Assembly: GCA_038108555.1 (NCBI GenBank)
Contig: JAYNIA010000003.1
Coordinates: forward strand, 70,381 to 134,380
Reading direction: 5' to 3'
Source: Nitrospinota bacterium
GTDB taxonomy: Bacteria; Nitrospinota; Nitrospinia; Nitrospinales; VA-1
Length of the DNA stretch: 64,000 nt
In this document: piece after piece, positions 51,755 to 62,183 of the stretch
Position numbering within the stretch: position 1 is the stretch's first letter
Layout: each line of letters starts with the position of its first letter
The notes under the pieces: generated by a model
The model's database searches: none
What the model saw: only the letters and a program-made list of their open reading frames with translations
What the model was told of the DNA's origin: nothing
Made by a program: the position numbers and the translations under genes

Positions 51755-52828
51755 GTGGCAAAAATAGACGCATTTTTTAAATTGATGAATGATCAAGGTG
51801 CTTCTGACCTGCATTTGGTTGCAGGTTCGCAGCCAATTTTACGTGTTCATGGAGATATGGAGAGGGTGAAATACAAGCCTCTCGATAATGATGAATTAAA
51901 AGCAATGCTTTATGAGATTGCCCCAGAAAACAAGATAAAAGTTTTTGAGGAAACGGGCGACGTTGACTTTGCATATGAAATTCCCGGATTGGCAAGATAC
52001 CGTGCAAATTATTTTCAACAGAAATGGGGAGTTGGCGCCGTATTCAGGGAAATTCCAAGTACTATTTTGACCGCAGAACAACTGAACCTACCCAGGGTTA
52101 TTACAAAATTGTCCATGCTCCACAAGGGGATGGTTTTAGTTACCGGTCCTACGGGTAGTGGTAAGTCCACAACCTTGGCGGCGATGATGGATTATGTAAA
52201 TAGAAACAAGAAAAGTCATATTATCACTGTTGAAGACCCGGTGGAGTTTGTTCATCAAAGTCAAAGTTGTATTGTGAATCACCGCGAGGTTGGGGTTCAC
52301 ACGCATGGGTTTAAATCTGCCTTAAAGGGAGCCCTTCGGGAAGACCCGGATATCATTCTGGTAGGTGAAATGCGTGATTTGGAAACCATCGAACTGGCTT
52401 TGGAAGCGGCTTCAACCGGTCACCTTGTTTTTGGAACTTTGCATACACAAAGTGCCGCAAAAACAATTGACCGTGTGATTGATGTTTTCCCTGCTCATCA
52501 GCAGGCGCAAATTAGAACCACTCTGTCGGAATCACTAAAAGGAGTCGTAGCCCAGAACCTGTTCAAGCGGATTGATAAAAAAGGTCGAATGGCGGTATTG
52601 GAAGTTTTAGTGGTAACACCTGCGGTTTCCAACTTGATTCGTGAGGGAAAGACATTCCAGATTCCTTCTGCAATACAAACGGGGAAAAAATTTGGAATGC
52701 AGTCTCTTGATGATGCAATTTTAGAAGCTTTAGAAGCTAAAAAGATCAGTGCGGAAGATGCTTATGATAAAGCAATAGTCAAAGAACGTTTTCTTCCATA
52801 TTTGAAAACACCTCCAGAATTTATTTGA
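51755..52828 (+). CDS. pilT: Type IV pilus retraction ATPase PilT
   Basis: ASDLHL, TGPTGSGKSTT, EDPVEF, ALREDPD, TGHLVFGTLHT, NLIREGK. Confidence 0.92.
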   Translation: MAKIDAFFKLMNDQGASDLHLVAGSQPILRVHGDMERVKYKPLDNDELKAMLYEIAPENKIKVFEETGDVDFAYEIPGLARYRANYFQQKWGVGAVFREIPSTILTAEQLNLPRVITKLSMLHKGMVLVTGPTGSGKSTTLAAMMDYVNRNKKSHIITVEDPVEFVHQSQSCIVNHREVGVHTHGFKSALKGALREDPDIILVGEMRDLETIELALEAASTGHLVFGTLHTQSAAKTIDRVIDVFPAHQQAQIRTTLSESLKGVVAQNLFKRIDKKGRMAVLEVLVVTPAVSNLIREGKTFQIPSAIQTGKKFGMQSLDDAILEALEAKKISAEDAYDKAIVKERFLPYLKTPPEFI

Positions 52829-52835
52829 GCGAGCT

Positions 52836-54005
52836 ATGAGAAAAGCGGAAATAGATCATATTCTAACCACCATGCTGGAAGCTTTCGGAAACATTTCCGA
52901 TTTAAATATCACGGTGGGAAAACCCTGCCAGGTGGAATCTTCGGGACAGTTGACAGGGGTTCCTATTGTTCCTCCGATAGAAAAGTTGACTCCCTTTCAG
53001 GCAGAAGTTTTTGCTTTGAATCTAATAAACTCTGACCGTCGATTGACAGAAATACTGATCCGCGAAGGTTCATGTGACTGTTCGTATTTTCTCGTGGGAA
53101 AGGCGCGCTTTCGAGTCAATATTTTTGCACAACGTGGGTATTATTCCGTGGTTTTGAGAAAGCTTGAAACACGAATTCCTTCGATTGAGGATTTAAAGCT
53201 TCCGCCCCAGTTTGCAAAGGCTGCTGAAGAAAAAAATGGATTGATTCTTGTAACAGGTGCAACGGGAAGTGGTAAATCGACAACTCTTGCAGCCTTGTTG
53301 AATAAAATGAATGAAGAGAAATCCATGCACATCATTACCCTGGAAGACCCGGTGGAGTTTGTGCATCCGCATAAAAAAGCCACCTTTAACCAAAGGGAAT
53401 TGGGAAGTGACTATGATGCATTTTCAAGCGGGTTGCGTGCGGCTCTAAGGCAAGCGCCGAAAGTCATTCTGGTGGGTGAAATGCGGGACCGGGAAACGGT
53501 GGAGATCGGTATGAGCGCTGCGGAAACCGGGCATCTGGTTATGAGTACTTTGCATACGGTTGATGCAGGTCAAACGATTAACAGGATTGTGGGTATGTTT
53601 TCCCAGGAAGAAGAGCAACAAATAAGAATTCGATTGGCAGATACGGTCCGTTGGATTATTTGTCAACGTCTCCTTCCAAAAGTCGGGGGTGGTCGTGTAG
53701 CGCTTTTGGAAATTATGTCTTCCAATATGAGGGTTAAAGATACCATCATTAATGGTGAATCTGAGGGAAAAACCTATTACGATATTATTACTAATGGTGA
53801 TGCTTATGGAATGTGGACCTTCGATCAGCATATTTTGAAATTATTTAAAGAAGGACTTATCACAGAAGAAACGGCTTTGGCTTATGCCTCGAGAAAAGCT
53901 ATCGTCGGTCGGGGTATTGACACCCTAAAAGCTGAAAAAGGGGAAAAAACAACCGACATTGATGATCTTTCAATGGATGATGAATACGATGCTGGAATTA
54001 AATAA
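52836..54005 (+). CDS. PilT/PilU-family ATPase (second)
   Basis: TGATGSGKSTT, ALRQAPKVILVGEMRD, TGHLVMSTLHT. Confidence 0.88.
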   Translation: MRKAEIDHILTTMLEAFGNISDLNITVGKPCQVESSGQLTGVPIVPPIEKLTPFQAEVFALNLINSDRRLTEILIREGSCDCSYFLVGKARFRVNIFAQRGYYSVVLRKLETRIPSIEDLKLPPQFAKAAEEKNGLILVTGATGSGKSTTLAALLNKMNEEKSMHIITLEDPVEFVHPHKKATFNQRELGSDYDAFSSGLRAALRQAPKVILVGEMRDRETVEIGMSAAETGHLVMSTLHTVDAGQTINRIVGMFSQEEEQQIRIRLADTVRWIICQRLLPKVGGGRVALLEIMSSNMRVKDTIINGESEGKTYYDIITNGDAYGMWTFDQHILKLFKEGLITEETALAYASRKAIVGRGIDTLKAEKGEKTTDIDDLSMDDEYDAGIK

Positions 54006-54023
54006 AAATTTAAGAAAGGAAAT

Positions 54024-54707
54024 TTGATAATGCAGGTCACCTGTAACGCATGCAAAAAAAGCATGAACATCCCGGATGAAAAACTGCCAAAAGATCAGGC
54101 TTTTTCGATTACTTGTCCCGGTTGTAAAACAAAAATAAAAGTGGATCAGCATTTAAAACCGAAGCAAAGTGAACCTGCTCCCCCTCCCGCCCAAGAAAAA
54201 GAAGAGACTGTGGACACAGCAAGCATGATAGTCAGTCAGGAGGAATATGACGATGATGAAGACCTGGTTATTTATGATGATAATGATCAACTTGCTTTGG
54301 TTTTAGACGATAAAAATAAAGATGTTTGGACCAAAGCCCTGGAGGAAAAGGATTTTAAAATCCAATATGCCAAATCTCCGGAGCATGCCGTTCATAAAAT
54401 GAAGTTCACTCATTTTCATTTTGTTGCATTGAATGAAAACTTTGGAAATGTTCCTTTAGACCAAAATGTTTTATATCAAACGGTAATTGAAATGCCTATG
54501 GTGACTCGAAGGAATATCTTTTTTGCTTTGGTGGGTGCAAATTTTAAATCGTTGAACAATATGCAGGCTTTTCAGAAAAGCGTAAACGTAGTTATCAATG
54601 AAAAAGATCTGGAAAAACTGGGAGATATTCTAAAAAAATCTATCTCGGAAAACGAAATTTTTTACAAAGTTTATAAAGAAACACTTCACGCAATGGGTAA
54701 AGCATGA
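54024..54707 (+). CDS. Zinc-ribbon protein with degenerate receiver-like C-terminal domain
   Basis: CNAC...IPDEKLP...CPGC N-terminal Zn ribbon. Confidence 0.7.
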   Translation: MIMQVTCNACKKSMNIPDEKLPKDQAFSITCPGCKTKIKVDQHLKPKQSEPAPPPAQEKEETVDTASMIVSQEEYDDDEDLVIYDDNDQLALVLDDKNKDVWTKALEEKDFKIQYAKSPEHAVHKMKFTHFHFVALNENFGNVPLDQNVLYQTVIEMPMVTRRNIFFALVGANFKSLNNMQAFQKSVNVVINEKDLEKLGDILKKSISENEIFYKVYKETLHAMGKA

Positions 54708-55129
54708 GTCTTAAAGATACGCCGATTAGGCAGCATTATGCCGATGGTGATGTCATCATCACCGAAGGAATAATGAGTAACAATGCTTATGTTGTTTTGA
54801 AAGGCAGCGTAAGAATTACAAAAAAAATAGATAAAAAAGTAGTTTCGGTTGGAACCCTGAAAGAAGGGGATGTATTTGGTGAAATGGGTCTTCTTTCACA
54901 ATCGGTCCGAAGCGCCAATGTTTCTGCGATCGGAGATGTCACCGTTGGCGTCATCGACAAGGAAACGTTTGATGGGGTTATGAATGACCTTCCCGAAGAT
55001 CTCCGGCCGATTATACTTTCACTGGTGGAACGATTAAAAATTACAACCCAATTGTTGACAAGAATTGGATTGGAACTTGAAACTACCCGGAATAAAATTA
55101 ACTCCTATACTTTGAAAGAAAAAGAATAG
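54704..55129 (+). CDS. Stand-alone cyclic-nucleotide-binding domain protein (4), inside the pil operon
   Basis: FGEMGLLSQSVRSANVSA; ATGA overlap with the upstream gene. Confidence 0.88.
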   Translation: MSLKDTPIRQHYADGDVIITEGIMSNNAYVVLKGSVRITKKIDKKVVSVGTLKEGDVFGEMGLLSQSVRSANVSAIGDVTVGVIDKETFDGVMNDLPEDLRPIILSLVERLKITTQLLTRIGLELETTRNKINSYTLKEKE

Positions 55130-55135
55130 TTCGCT

Positions 55136-56335
55136 ATGCCAACTTTCACTTATAAAGCAAAGGTTAAGGGCAAAGTCCAATCGGGAGAAGTTGAAGCCGA
55201 AGATGAAAAGTCAGCTATTGCAAAATTAAAGCTGCAAAAAATCCGTGCTACTTCGGTAAAAAAGAAATCCCAGAGTTCTTTTTTAAGTAATAAAAAAGTC
55301 CACAAAATCACTACCCGGGATGTAGTCATTTTTACTCGCCAGTTTTCAACGATGGTGGATGCGGGTCTGCCATTGGTTCAATGCCTGGATATTCTTGGAA
55401 AGCAATCTGAAAACCCCACTTTCGGTGAAAAAATTCTGGAAGTTAAAGGTAATATTGAAATGGGGAACAACCTTTCAGACTCCCTCAGAAAATATGAAAA
55501 TGTTTGGGATACCTTGTACTGCAACCTTGTCGAAGCGGGGGAAGTGGGCGGTATTCTGGATGTTATCTTAAGACGTCTCGCGGATTATATTGAAAAAGCC
55601 GAGGCTTTGAAGAAGAAAGTTAAATCTGCGATGGTTTATCCGGGTGCAATCGTCACGGTTGCATTTCTGGTTGTGGCTTTTTTAATGATTTTTGTTATTC
55701 CTTCTTTTGCAACCATGTTTTCCAAAGGGGGAGCTGAACTTCCGGGTCCAACCCAGATTGTAATGGACGTCAGTGACTTTTTCCAAAACCAATGGTATGT
55801 AATGATAGGTTGTTTTGTAGCTTTCTTTTTTACTTTCAAAAAGACTTATGCCACCAAAAGGGGAAGAATTGAAATTGACCGACTGGCATTAAAGCTTCCT
55901 GTTTTCGGTATTCTCATTCGAAAGGTATCTGTTGCAAAATTCACCCGGACGCTGGGAACGCTGATTTCCAGTGGTGTGCCTTTGATCGAGGGACTGGATA
56001 TTTGTGCTAAAACAGCGGGGAATTCAATTGTTGAAATAGCCGTTGTAAAGACGATCGAAGCTATTAAAGAGGGGGAAACGATTGCAGCGCCTCTTTCCCG
56101 TGAGAATGTTTTTCCCCCCATGGTTATTCAAATGATTGATGTGGGAGAATCCTCAGGTTCTTTGGATAAGATGTTGGCAAAAATTGCAGATTTCTATGAC
56201 GAAGAAGTTGATGCTGCAGTGGAAGGTTTAACGGCATTATTGGAACCCATGCTGATGGTGTTCCTGGGCTGTGTTGTGGGATTCATTGTTGTTGCAATGT
56301 ACCTTCCCATTTTCAAGATGGGAGAAACTATCTAA
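55136..56335 (+). CDS. pilC: Type IV pilus platform protein PilC
   Basis: FTRQFSTMVDAGLPL, EAGEVGG, SAMVYP, GESSGSLD, LEP, AMYLPIF. Confidence 0.93.
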   Translation: MPTFTYKAKVKGKVQSGEVEAEDEKSAIAKLKLQKIRATSVKKKSQSSFLSNKKVHKITTRDVVIFTRQFSTMVDAGLPLVQCLDILGKQSENPTFGEKILEVKGNIEMGNNLSDSLRKYENVWDTLYCNLVEAGEVGGILDVILRRLADYIEKAEALKKKVKSAMVYPGAIVTVAFLVVAFLMIFVIPSFATMFSKGGAELPGPTQIVMDVSDFFQNQWYVMIGCFVAFFFTFKKTYATKRGRIEIDRLALKLPVFGILIRKVSVAKFTRTLGTLISSGVPLIEGLDICAKTAGNSIVEIAVVKTIEAIKEGETIAAPLSRENVFPPMVIQMIDVGESSGSLDKMLAKIADFYDEEVDAAVEGLTALLEPMLMVFLGCVVGFIVVAMYLPIFKMGETI

Positions 56336-56352
56336 TTTCAAAATCCGCAGCT

Positions 56353-58047
56353 ATGATTCGCCCTCAACACAATATAGATAAAGAGTTAGAACAGCGAATC
56401 AAAAGAATTATGCTGTTGCGGGTCTTCTTCCTGACCGGTTTCGTAGTATTGCTTTTGACCTTTCAGGAACGTCTGGGGATAACCGCTCCCATCGGCCCTC
56501 TTTGCATTGTCATCAGTGTTGGTTTTTTATTTTCCCTCATATACGCTCTTCTTTTTAAAATATTACCGTTAAATTTAACCGCTTCCACTCAGGTTGTAGG
56601 GGACCTGTTACTGGTAGGAGGAATCTTATATACCACGGGGGGTATAGATAGCCCAATATCATTCCTTTTTCTTTTTGTAATCATTGCCACCAGTGTCATG
56701 CTTCCGAGCACTGCAGTTTTTCTCGCAGCCTCTGGTTCAAGTATTATTTATGGAGGCCTGGTTGACCTTGAGTATTACGGTTTTATTACTCCCGTTTATT
56801 TGTTTCCTGAATCAAAAATTTCATTTGAAAGCGGTTATGTTTTTTATATTATCTTTTTAAATATTGGGGCATTTTATACAGTTGCCTATCTCAGTAGTTT
56901 CCTTTCCCATCGCCTGAGAATTATTAAAGATGAACTTAAAAAAACCAGCTTAAACTTAAAAGAACAAAGAGCTTTTAATCGGAATATCGTCCAGTATATG
57001 GGAAATGGGTTAGTAACGATTGATCGGGAAGGAATAATTACATCGATTAATCCAGCCGCAGAATCTCTTACAGGCTTTACCTCTCAAGAAAGTCTTAATA
57101 AAAATATAAATTCACTGATACCTTCTTTGCAACTGGACCAGTTTTTTCAGGAAACTAGGACAGATGATTTCCCGGATCAAATTGAAAGAGATTTCACCAG
57201 AAAGGATGGAAAGAAAATTTTTTTAAGAGTCAAGGTCAGTAATCTTTCAGATTTAAATGTTCCCGGTTATATTCTGGTATTTGAGGATTTGACGGAAATT
57301 AAGTTCATGCAGAATAAAATGCTTCGAACAGAACAGTTGGCAGCTGTTGGGAGATTTTCCGCAGGACTGGCTCATGAAATAAGAAACCCTCTTACATCGT
57401 TGAGCGGTTCTATTCAGGTGTTAGCCAAAGGTCTTAATCTAGAAGACTCTTACAAGAAGTTGATGAACATTGTTATTAAAGAAACTGACCGCCTGAATAC
57501 CATTCTTTCAGATTTCCTGACATACTCTCAGCCTAAAAAAAATACGAATACTATTGTAGATTTGACCCAATTGATTCAAGATGTAATTATTCTTTTAAAG
57601 AATAGTGAAAATTTCAGTGGGGATAAACAGATTCAATTTGAAAGAGCGGCAGATCACGTTATTTTTCATGGCGATGAGGAGCAAATAAAGCAGGTGGTTT
57701 GGAATTTATGCATCAATGCGCTTGAGGCTATGACTAAGGGTACGATTACAATAAAATTAAAGGAAGTTTCTTCTTTTCATAATAATAATTTTCATGCAGA
57801 TAAAAAAGGTGTGGTTTTAGAAATTGTGGATGAAGGATGTGGAATTGCACCGGATCAGATGGAAAATATTTACGATCCGTTTTATTCTAGTAAAAAAGAT
57901 GGTGTCGGCCTTGGTTTGGCAACGGTGAACCAGATTGTGCATCGAAACGAGGGCACGATGGATGTCAAAAGTATTTTAGGTGAGGGAACGACCTTTACTG
58001 TATTTCTCCCTGACCTGGAGGCCTCTTTATCCCTGGCACCAAATTAA
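56353..58047 (+). CDS. pilS: PilS-like sensor histidine kinase
   Basis: Multi-TM N-terminus with TGG.DSP, PAS domain, AHEIRNPL, NLCINA, DEGCG, GVGLGL. Confidence 0.8.
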   Translation: MIRPQHNIDKELEQRIKRIMLLRVFFLTGFVVLLLTFQERLGITAPIGPLCIVISVGFLFSLIYALLFKILPLNLTASTQVVGDLLLVGGILYTTGGIDSPISFLFLFVIIATSVMLPSTAVFLAASGSSIIYGGLVDLEYYGFITPVYLFPESKISFESGYVFYIIFLNIGAFYTVAYLSSFLSHRLRIIKDELKKTSLNLKEQRAFNRNIVQYMGNGLVTIDREGIITSINPAAESLTGFTSQESLNKNINSLIPSLQLDQFFQETRTDDFPDQIERDFTRKDGKKIFLRVKVSNLSDLNVPGYILVFEDLTEIKFMQNKMLRTEQLAAVGRFSAGLAHEIRNPLTSLSGSIQVLAKGLNLEDSYKKLMNIVIKETDRLNTILSDFLTYSQPKKNTNTIVDLTQLIQDVIILLKNSENFSGDKQIQFERAADHVIFHGDEEQIKQVVWNLCINALEAMTKGTITIKLKEVSSFHNNNFHADKKGVVLEIVDEGCGIAPDQMENIYDPFYSSKKDGVGLGLATVNQIVHRNEGTMDVKSILGEGTTFTVFLPDLEASLSLAPN

Positions 58048-58061
58048 TTAAAGGAAAAGTT

Positions 58062-58292
58062 ATGTCAGATAGCGGCGGTCCAATAAAAATTACAAATGCA
58101 TCTGAAATTGCCGTCTGTACTTGTATGCAATCAAATCATTGGCCTTTTTGTGATGCTACGCACCATACTACAGGTGGAGAACCGGAAATTTTGGAGTTGG
58201 ATAAAAATAAAACTTATTACCTTTGCGGATGTTATAGAACAAAGAAAAGACCGTTTTGTGATGGATCTCACGAAAAAATAAATAAGTCCTGA
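58062..58292 (+). CDS. CDGSH iron-sulfur protein (two motifs)
   Basis: CTCMQSNHWPFCDATH and CGCYRTKKRPFCDGSH. Confidence 0.9.
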   Translation: MSDSGGPIKITNASEIAVCTCMQSNHWPFCDATHHTTGGEPEILELDKNKTYYLCGCYRTKKRPFCDGSHEKINKS

Positions 58293-58349
58293 TTAAAAAT
58301 TTCCCGTCCAAACTTTTATCCCTGAGCTTTACTGCGATTCAAGATCACT

Positions 58350-59192
58350 GTGCAAAATTTCTTAGATAAATTTATATTTTTTCTTCTTTTCTTTTTTCTT
58401 TCCGGTTGCATGTCGGTGATTAAGGATGATGGTCAGGAAAATATGGTCTTTATTCCAAAAGGCCCTTTTACGATGGGGTTTGAAATCGATAACGAAAATG
58501 AATGGGGAGATATGGATGAAGAGCCGGTTCACCCAGTCACTCTTTCATCTTACTGGATCGATAAATATGAAGTGACCAGCTCAAACTTTGCAAACTTCCT
58601 GAATCAAAATAAGAATGAAGCTCATCGTTTTATAGAAATTGCTCCTTCTGTAACTGTGAAGCTTGAAGATGGAAACTATAAACCCAGGGAAGGATTGGAA
58701 AACTTTCCCGTCAACCGGGTTTCATGGTTTGGAGCCGATGCCTATTGCAGATGGAAAGGAAAGAGACTACCTACCGAGGCCGAATGGGAAAAGGCCGCCA
58801 GAGGAACCGATCAAAGAATTTTCCCATGGGGCAACGAATATCCTGATAACAGCCGGGTCACCTTCAGAAGGAAGTTCAAGGAAAAAGGATTTCAGGTTAT
58901 GGAACCGGTGGATGGAATGAAAAACGGAGTCTCCCCTTATGGGGTTCATCATATGGCAGGTAATGTTTGGGAGTGGGTGTCGGACTGGTTTGACGCTGCA
59001 ATTTATCAGGATGAAAACAGGGTAGACCCACAAGGTCCCGAGTCGGGTGTAAGCAAAGTCCTGAGAGGCGGGAACTGGTATTACAAAGCTTATTATATGA
59101 GAACCACCTACCGGTTTAATGAAAAACCGGAAATCTTTAAGGTGTGGCAAGGCTTCCGTTGCGCCCGCAAGGCAATGCCCGGTGATGGCTAA
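58350..59192 (+). CDS. FGE/SUMF1-domain lipoprotein
   Basis: IDKYEVT, PVNRVSW, RLPTEAEWEKAARG, MAGNVWEW, GFRCA. Confidence 0.9.
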   Translation: MQNFLDKFIFFLLFFFLSGCMSVIKDDGQENMVFIPKGPFTMGFEIDNENEWGDMDEEPVHPVTLSSYWIDKYEVTSSNFANFLNQNKNEAHRFIEIAPSVTVKLEDGNYKPREGLENFPVNRVSWFGADAYCRWKGKRLPTEAEWEKAARGTDQRIFPWGNEYPDNSRVTFRRKFKEKGFQVMEPVDGMKNGVSPYGVHHMAGNVWEWVSDWFDAAIYQDENRVDPQGPESGVSKVLRGGNWYYKAYYMRTTYRFNEKPEIFKVWQGFRCARKAMPGDG

Positions 59193-59208
59193 ACATTCGC
59201 CATTTGTG

Positions 59209-60129
59209 TTAGCGGTTTTTCCTCTTTAGGGCTTTTTTTAGCATCCAGGGAATATTAACTTTGGTTCTGCAAAATCTATAAATGGCTTCGTTCAAAGTTA
59301 ATAGGGAACAATGGTCCGTCAATATCCCAGCTTCACTGCAATTGGAAACTACCACCGGGTTGTCCCTTTTCCAGGTAGTGAATGCCCAACTGAACCATTT
59401 CTTTGATACCGACATGGATTTCAAAGTGCGGAGTTGTTGATTGTTCATATCGGTTTCCAGACAAATGCTGTCTTTTTGTTTTTCGACCATGGTTTTTAAA
59501 CCTTTTCCCGAAGCATCACTGCCGTGACTGTGAGAGTTCTTTTTGGGATAGGATAAATCTTGTCCCGCAAATAGAACGGGATTGCACCCCGCCTGAAATG
59601 CAAGATCATAAGTAACCGAAAGCACCGTACCTCCGGGGGTCAGAATTCCCACCTGTGGAACCATTTTCTGAATCTCCACCAGAGTAGGAATATCAGGTGC
59701 GAATTTATTAAAAAATAAAACTTCTCCCTGCCAAAGTTCAAGAATACTGGGATGAACGATGGTTGGAACCACCAGGGTGATACCCTGTTGCGGAACATTG
59801 GTTAGAAAGCGGGCAATTTCTTCTTGAGGATCTAAAACGACAACAAAGTTTGGAACGATTCCATGAGCCAGCAAAGGTTTTAAGGCTGCATCGCAACAAA
59901 GGATGATTGCTTTTTCACAAGCCTTTCGCAGATACCTTATATTTTTGTCGAGAGAAGGGCCGGCACCGACCACAATGCAGGGGATGTCGCGAAACCGATT
60001 CTTGAGTGCAATCACTCCCGGGTTTCTTTGAATGGCATTTTTGTTACTTAAAAAATTTCTTTGCCAGACTTGATTGAAGCGAAGGAGGGTTGCGGATTTG
60101 ACTTCGCGGATTTGTTCATCGCGGCTCAT
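59209..60129 (-). CDS. Maf-like / MptE-like motility-associated glycosyltransferase
   Basis: IVVGAGPSLDKN, VVVLDP, GGTV, GCNPVLFAGQDLSY; downstream of flagellar genes. Confidence 0.8.
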   Translation of the reverse strand: MSRDEQIREVKSATLLRFNQVWQRNFLSNKNAIQRNPGVIALKNRFRDIPCIVVGAGPSLDKNIRYLRKACEKAIILCCDAALKPLLAHGIVPNFVVVLDPQEEIARFLTNVPQQGITLVVPTIVHPSILELWQGEVLFFNKFAPDIPTLVEIQKMVPQVGILTPGGTVLSVTYDLAFQAGCNPVLFAGQDLSYPKKNSHSHGSDASGKGLKTMVEKQKDSICLETDMNNQQLRTLKSMSVSKKWFSWAFTTWKRDNPVVVSNCSEAGILTDHCSLLTLNEAIYRFCRTKVNIPWMLKKALKRKNR

Positions 60130-60170
60130 GGGGGTAATGTAACAAAGTCATTCGTCAGTAACAAGTGAAC

Positions 60171-60202
60171 AAAAAAAAGACCCGGGTCGAAACCCGGGTC
60201 TT
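60171..60202 (-). terminator. Intrinsic terminator after flgE
   Basis: AAGACCCGGGT-TTCG-ACCCGGGTCTTTTTTTT on the minus strand. Confidence 0.85.
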
Positions 60203-60227
60203 GAGGAGATTAATTTACTAACTAATA

Positions 60228-61463
60228 TTACCTTACCAGGTTGACGGCCTCGGTGAGAAGGTCATCCGTGGTGGTAATGATTCTGGCGCTGGCCTGGAAG
60301 GCCTGCTGCGTTTGAATCAAGGTAACAAACTGCTCTGCCAGGTCAACATTTGCGAGCTCTAATGATTGACCAACAATGGCACCGAAACCACCCGTCTGGG
60401 CCAGACCGATTACCGGTTGACCGGACTCGGCGGATTCAGCAAACAGGTTTTGCCCCTGTCGGGTTAAACCAGAGGGAGCCAGGAAGTCCGCCATTGCCAC
60501 TTGGTATAGCGAGTCGGTTTGTCCATTATTAAAGAGCCCGTTAATGATTCCGTTGGAATCGACAGATAACCCAACCAGAGTACCTGTGGTAAAACCATCC
60601 TGGGTTAGAGAGTTATTATTCGAGGCTGCAGCGAACCCGGTTAGTTTACCCAAGGTTGCTCCACCTGCGTCTACCAGATCCCAGGTTAGTGTTTGTGTTG
60701 CCGCTGCAGGATTTGCTGCGGAATAATCAATCACGATCGTTTGGTCTGCAAGCGATCCATTGATTGCCGAAAGTTGACCCGAAGTATCAAATGTGACCGT
60801 TCCAGACGCACCGGTAGTTACAGTTCCATCAGAAGGACTCAGGGTATAAGTCCAGGAGTTGGAACCAGCGACTTTCGTGAATTGGATATTTAACAGAATT
60901 TGTGAACCCACCGAATTGAAAAGGGTGACGGGTGAATTGAATGTTGAAGCCGCAGTTGCAGCTGAATTCAGGTTTGCACCCAGTTGAAAGGTGGTGGATG
61001 CCTGGGGAGCAGATTGCACACCTGCAAGATCGATGTTGGTTGTACTAGTGGAAACTACTCCATTGGTGATTTGGTTGCCCTGCAAAATTTCACCGGTGAT
61101 GGCCTGTACCAAACCGTTATCGTTTAATCTAAATTGGCCCGCGCGGGTATAAAAATTTCCGGTTCCATTGTTAACAATAAAGAAACCGGAGCCGTCAATG
61201 GCCATATCCAGAGCGTTTGATGAAGATTCAAAAGATCCCTGTTGGAAGGATTGAATGGTTCCCTGTAATTGTGAACCCCGTCCCAATTGGCTAGTAACAG
61301 ATCCATTGGTCAGGATGGAGCTGAAAATATCACTGAAAACCGCCTTACTTCCCTTGAACCCAACGGTATTTACGTTGGAAATATTATCACCAATTACTCC
61401 CATAGCCTGGGAATTACCAGTGAGGCCGGTGACCCCGGTGAATAATGAACTTACTAATGACAT
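60228..61463 (-). CDS. flgE: Flagellar hook protein
   Basis: IGDNISNVNTVGFK, DMAIDGSGFF, YTRAGQF, LELANVDLAEQF. Confidence 0.93.
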   Translation of the reverse strand: MSLVSSLFTGVTGLTGNSQAMGVIGDNISNVNTVGFKGSKAVFSDIFSSILTNGSVTSQLGRGSQLQGTIQSFQQGSFESSSNALDMAIDGSGFFIVNNGTGNFYTRAGQFRLNDNGLVQAITGEILQGNQITNGVVSTSTTNIDLAGVQSAPQASTTFQLGANLNSAATAASTFNSPVTLFNSVGSQILLNIQFTKVAGSNSWTYTLSPSDGTVTTGASGTVTFDTSGQLSAINGSLADQTIVIDYSAANPAAATQTLTWDLVDAGGATLGKLTGFAAASNNNSLTQDGFTTGTLVGLSVDSNGIINGLFNNGQTDSLYQVAMADFLAPSGLTRQGQNLFAESAESGQPVIGLAQTGGFGAIVGQSLELANVDLAEQFVTLIQTQQAFQASARIITTTDDLLTEAVNLVR

Positions 61464-61484
61464 ATTTAATCTCCTCTTTCTATT

Positions 61485-62147
61485 TTAAGCACTGACTTTT
61501 GAAATTTCGTTTACATTGACTTTTTGTCCGTTAACAATGGCAAAAGCTTCATTTCCTTCAAAAATAATATCGGTAACCAATCCTGCGGAGAATGTCCCTG
61601 TTTCAATAAAGTTGCCAGAGGAATCCTGAGCAGTGACACCAAATGTATAAGTTCCTGCCGGGAGTTGTTGCCCTGAAGCATCTTTTCCACTCCATACAAA
61701 TTCTTTAATGCCTTCACTTGAAGCACCGATGTTAATTGAGGAAACATTAGCTCCGGTAGAATCAAAAACATTGATAGTTACATCAGCGGCTTCTTCAGCC
61801 AATGAGAAACTCAAGGTTTCTGTTTCGTCCTCTCCCAACTCAAAACTGTTTCCAGGTGCATCTACTGTTTTTCCAATCAAGTTGACCATTGAAGAGTTAC
61901 TCAATGCCAAATCAAAAGCCTGACTTTCTTCCAGAGTATCGTTGATATTGGTCAGCTGTTCGAGACTACTAAATTGGGCAAGCTGTGCTGCAAATTCCTG
62001 TCCTTCCTGAGGGGAAAGCGGATCCTGATGTTCCAATTGAGCTACCAGCAACTGAAGAAAATCATTTTTACCCAGACTGGCGCCACCGGTTAGTGAGGTG
62101 GTACTTTCAGAACTGGTGTTTGGAGTCGGTGTTATTCCTGCAATCAT
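61485..62147 (-). CDS. flgD: Flagellar hook capping protein
   Basis: FLQLLVAQLEHQDPLSP, AQLAQFSSLEQL. Confidence 0.93.
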   Translation of the reverse strand: MIAGITPTPNTSSESTTSLTGGASLGKNDFLQLLVAQLEHQDPLSPQEGQEFAAQLAQFSSLEQLTNINDTLEESQAFDLALSNSSMVNLIGKTVDAPGNSFELGEDETETLSFSLAEEAADVTINVFDSTGANVSSINIGASSEGIKEFVWSGKDASGQQLPAGTYTFGVTAQDSSGNFIETGTFSAGLVTDIIFEGNEAFAIVNGQKVNVNEISKVSA

Positions 62148-62183
62148 AAATTTCGAGTCCTTAAAAAGTTAATTTAAATTTTC

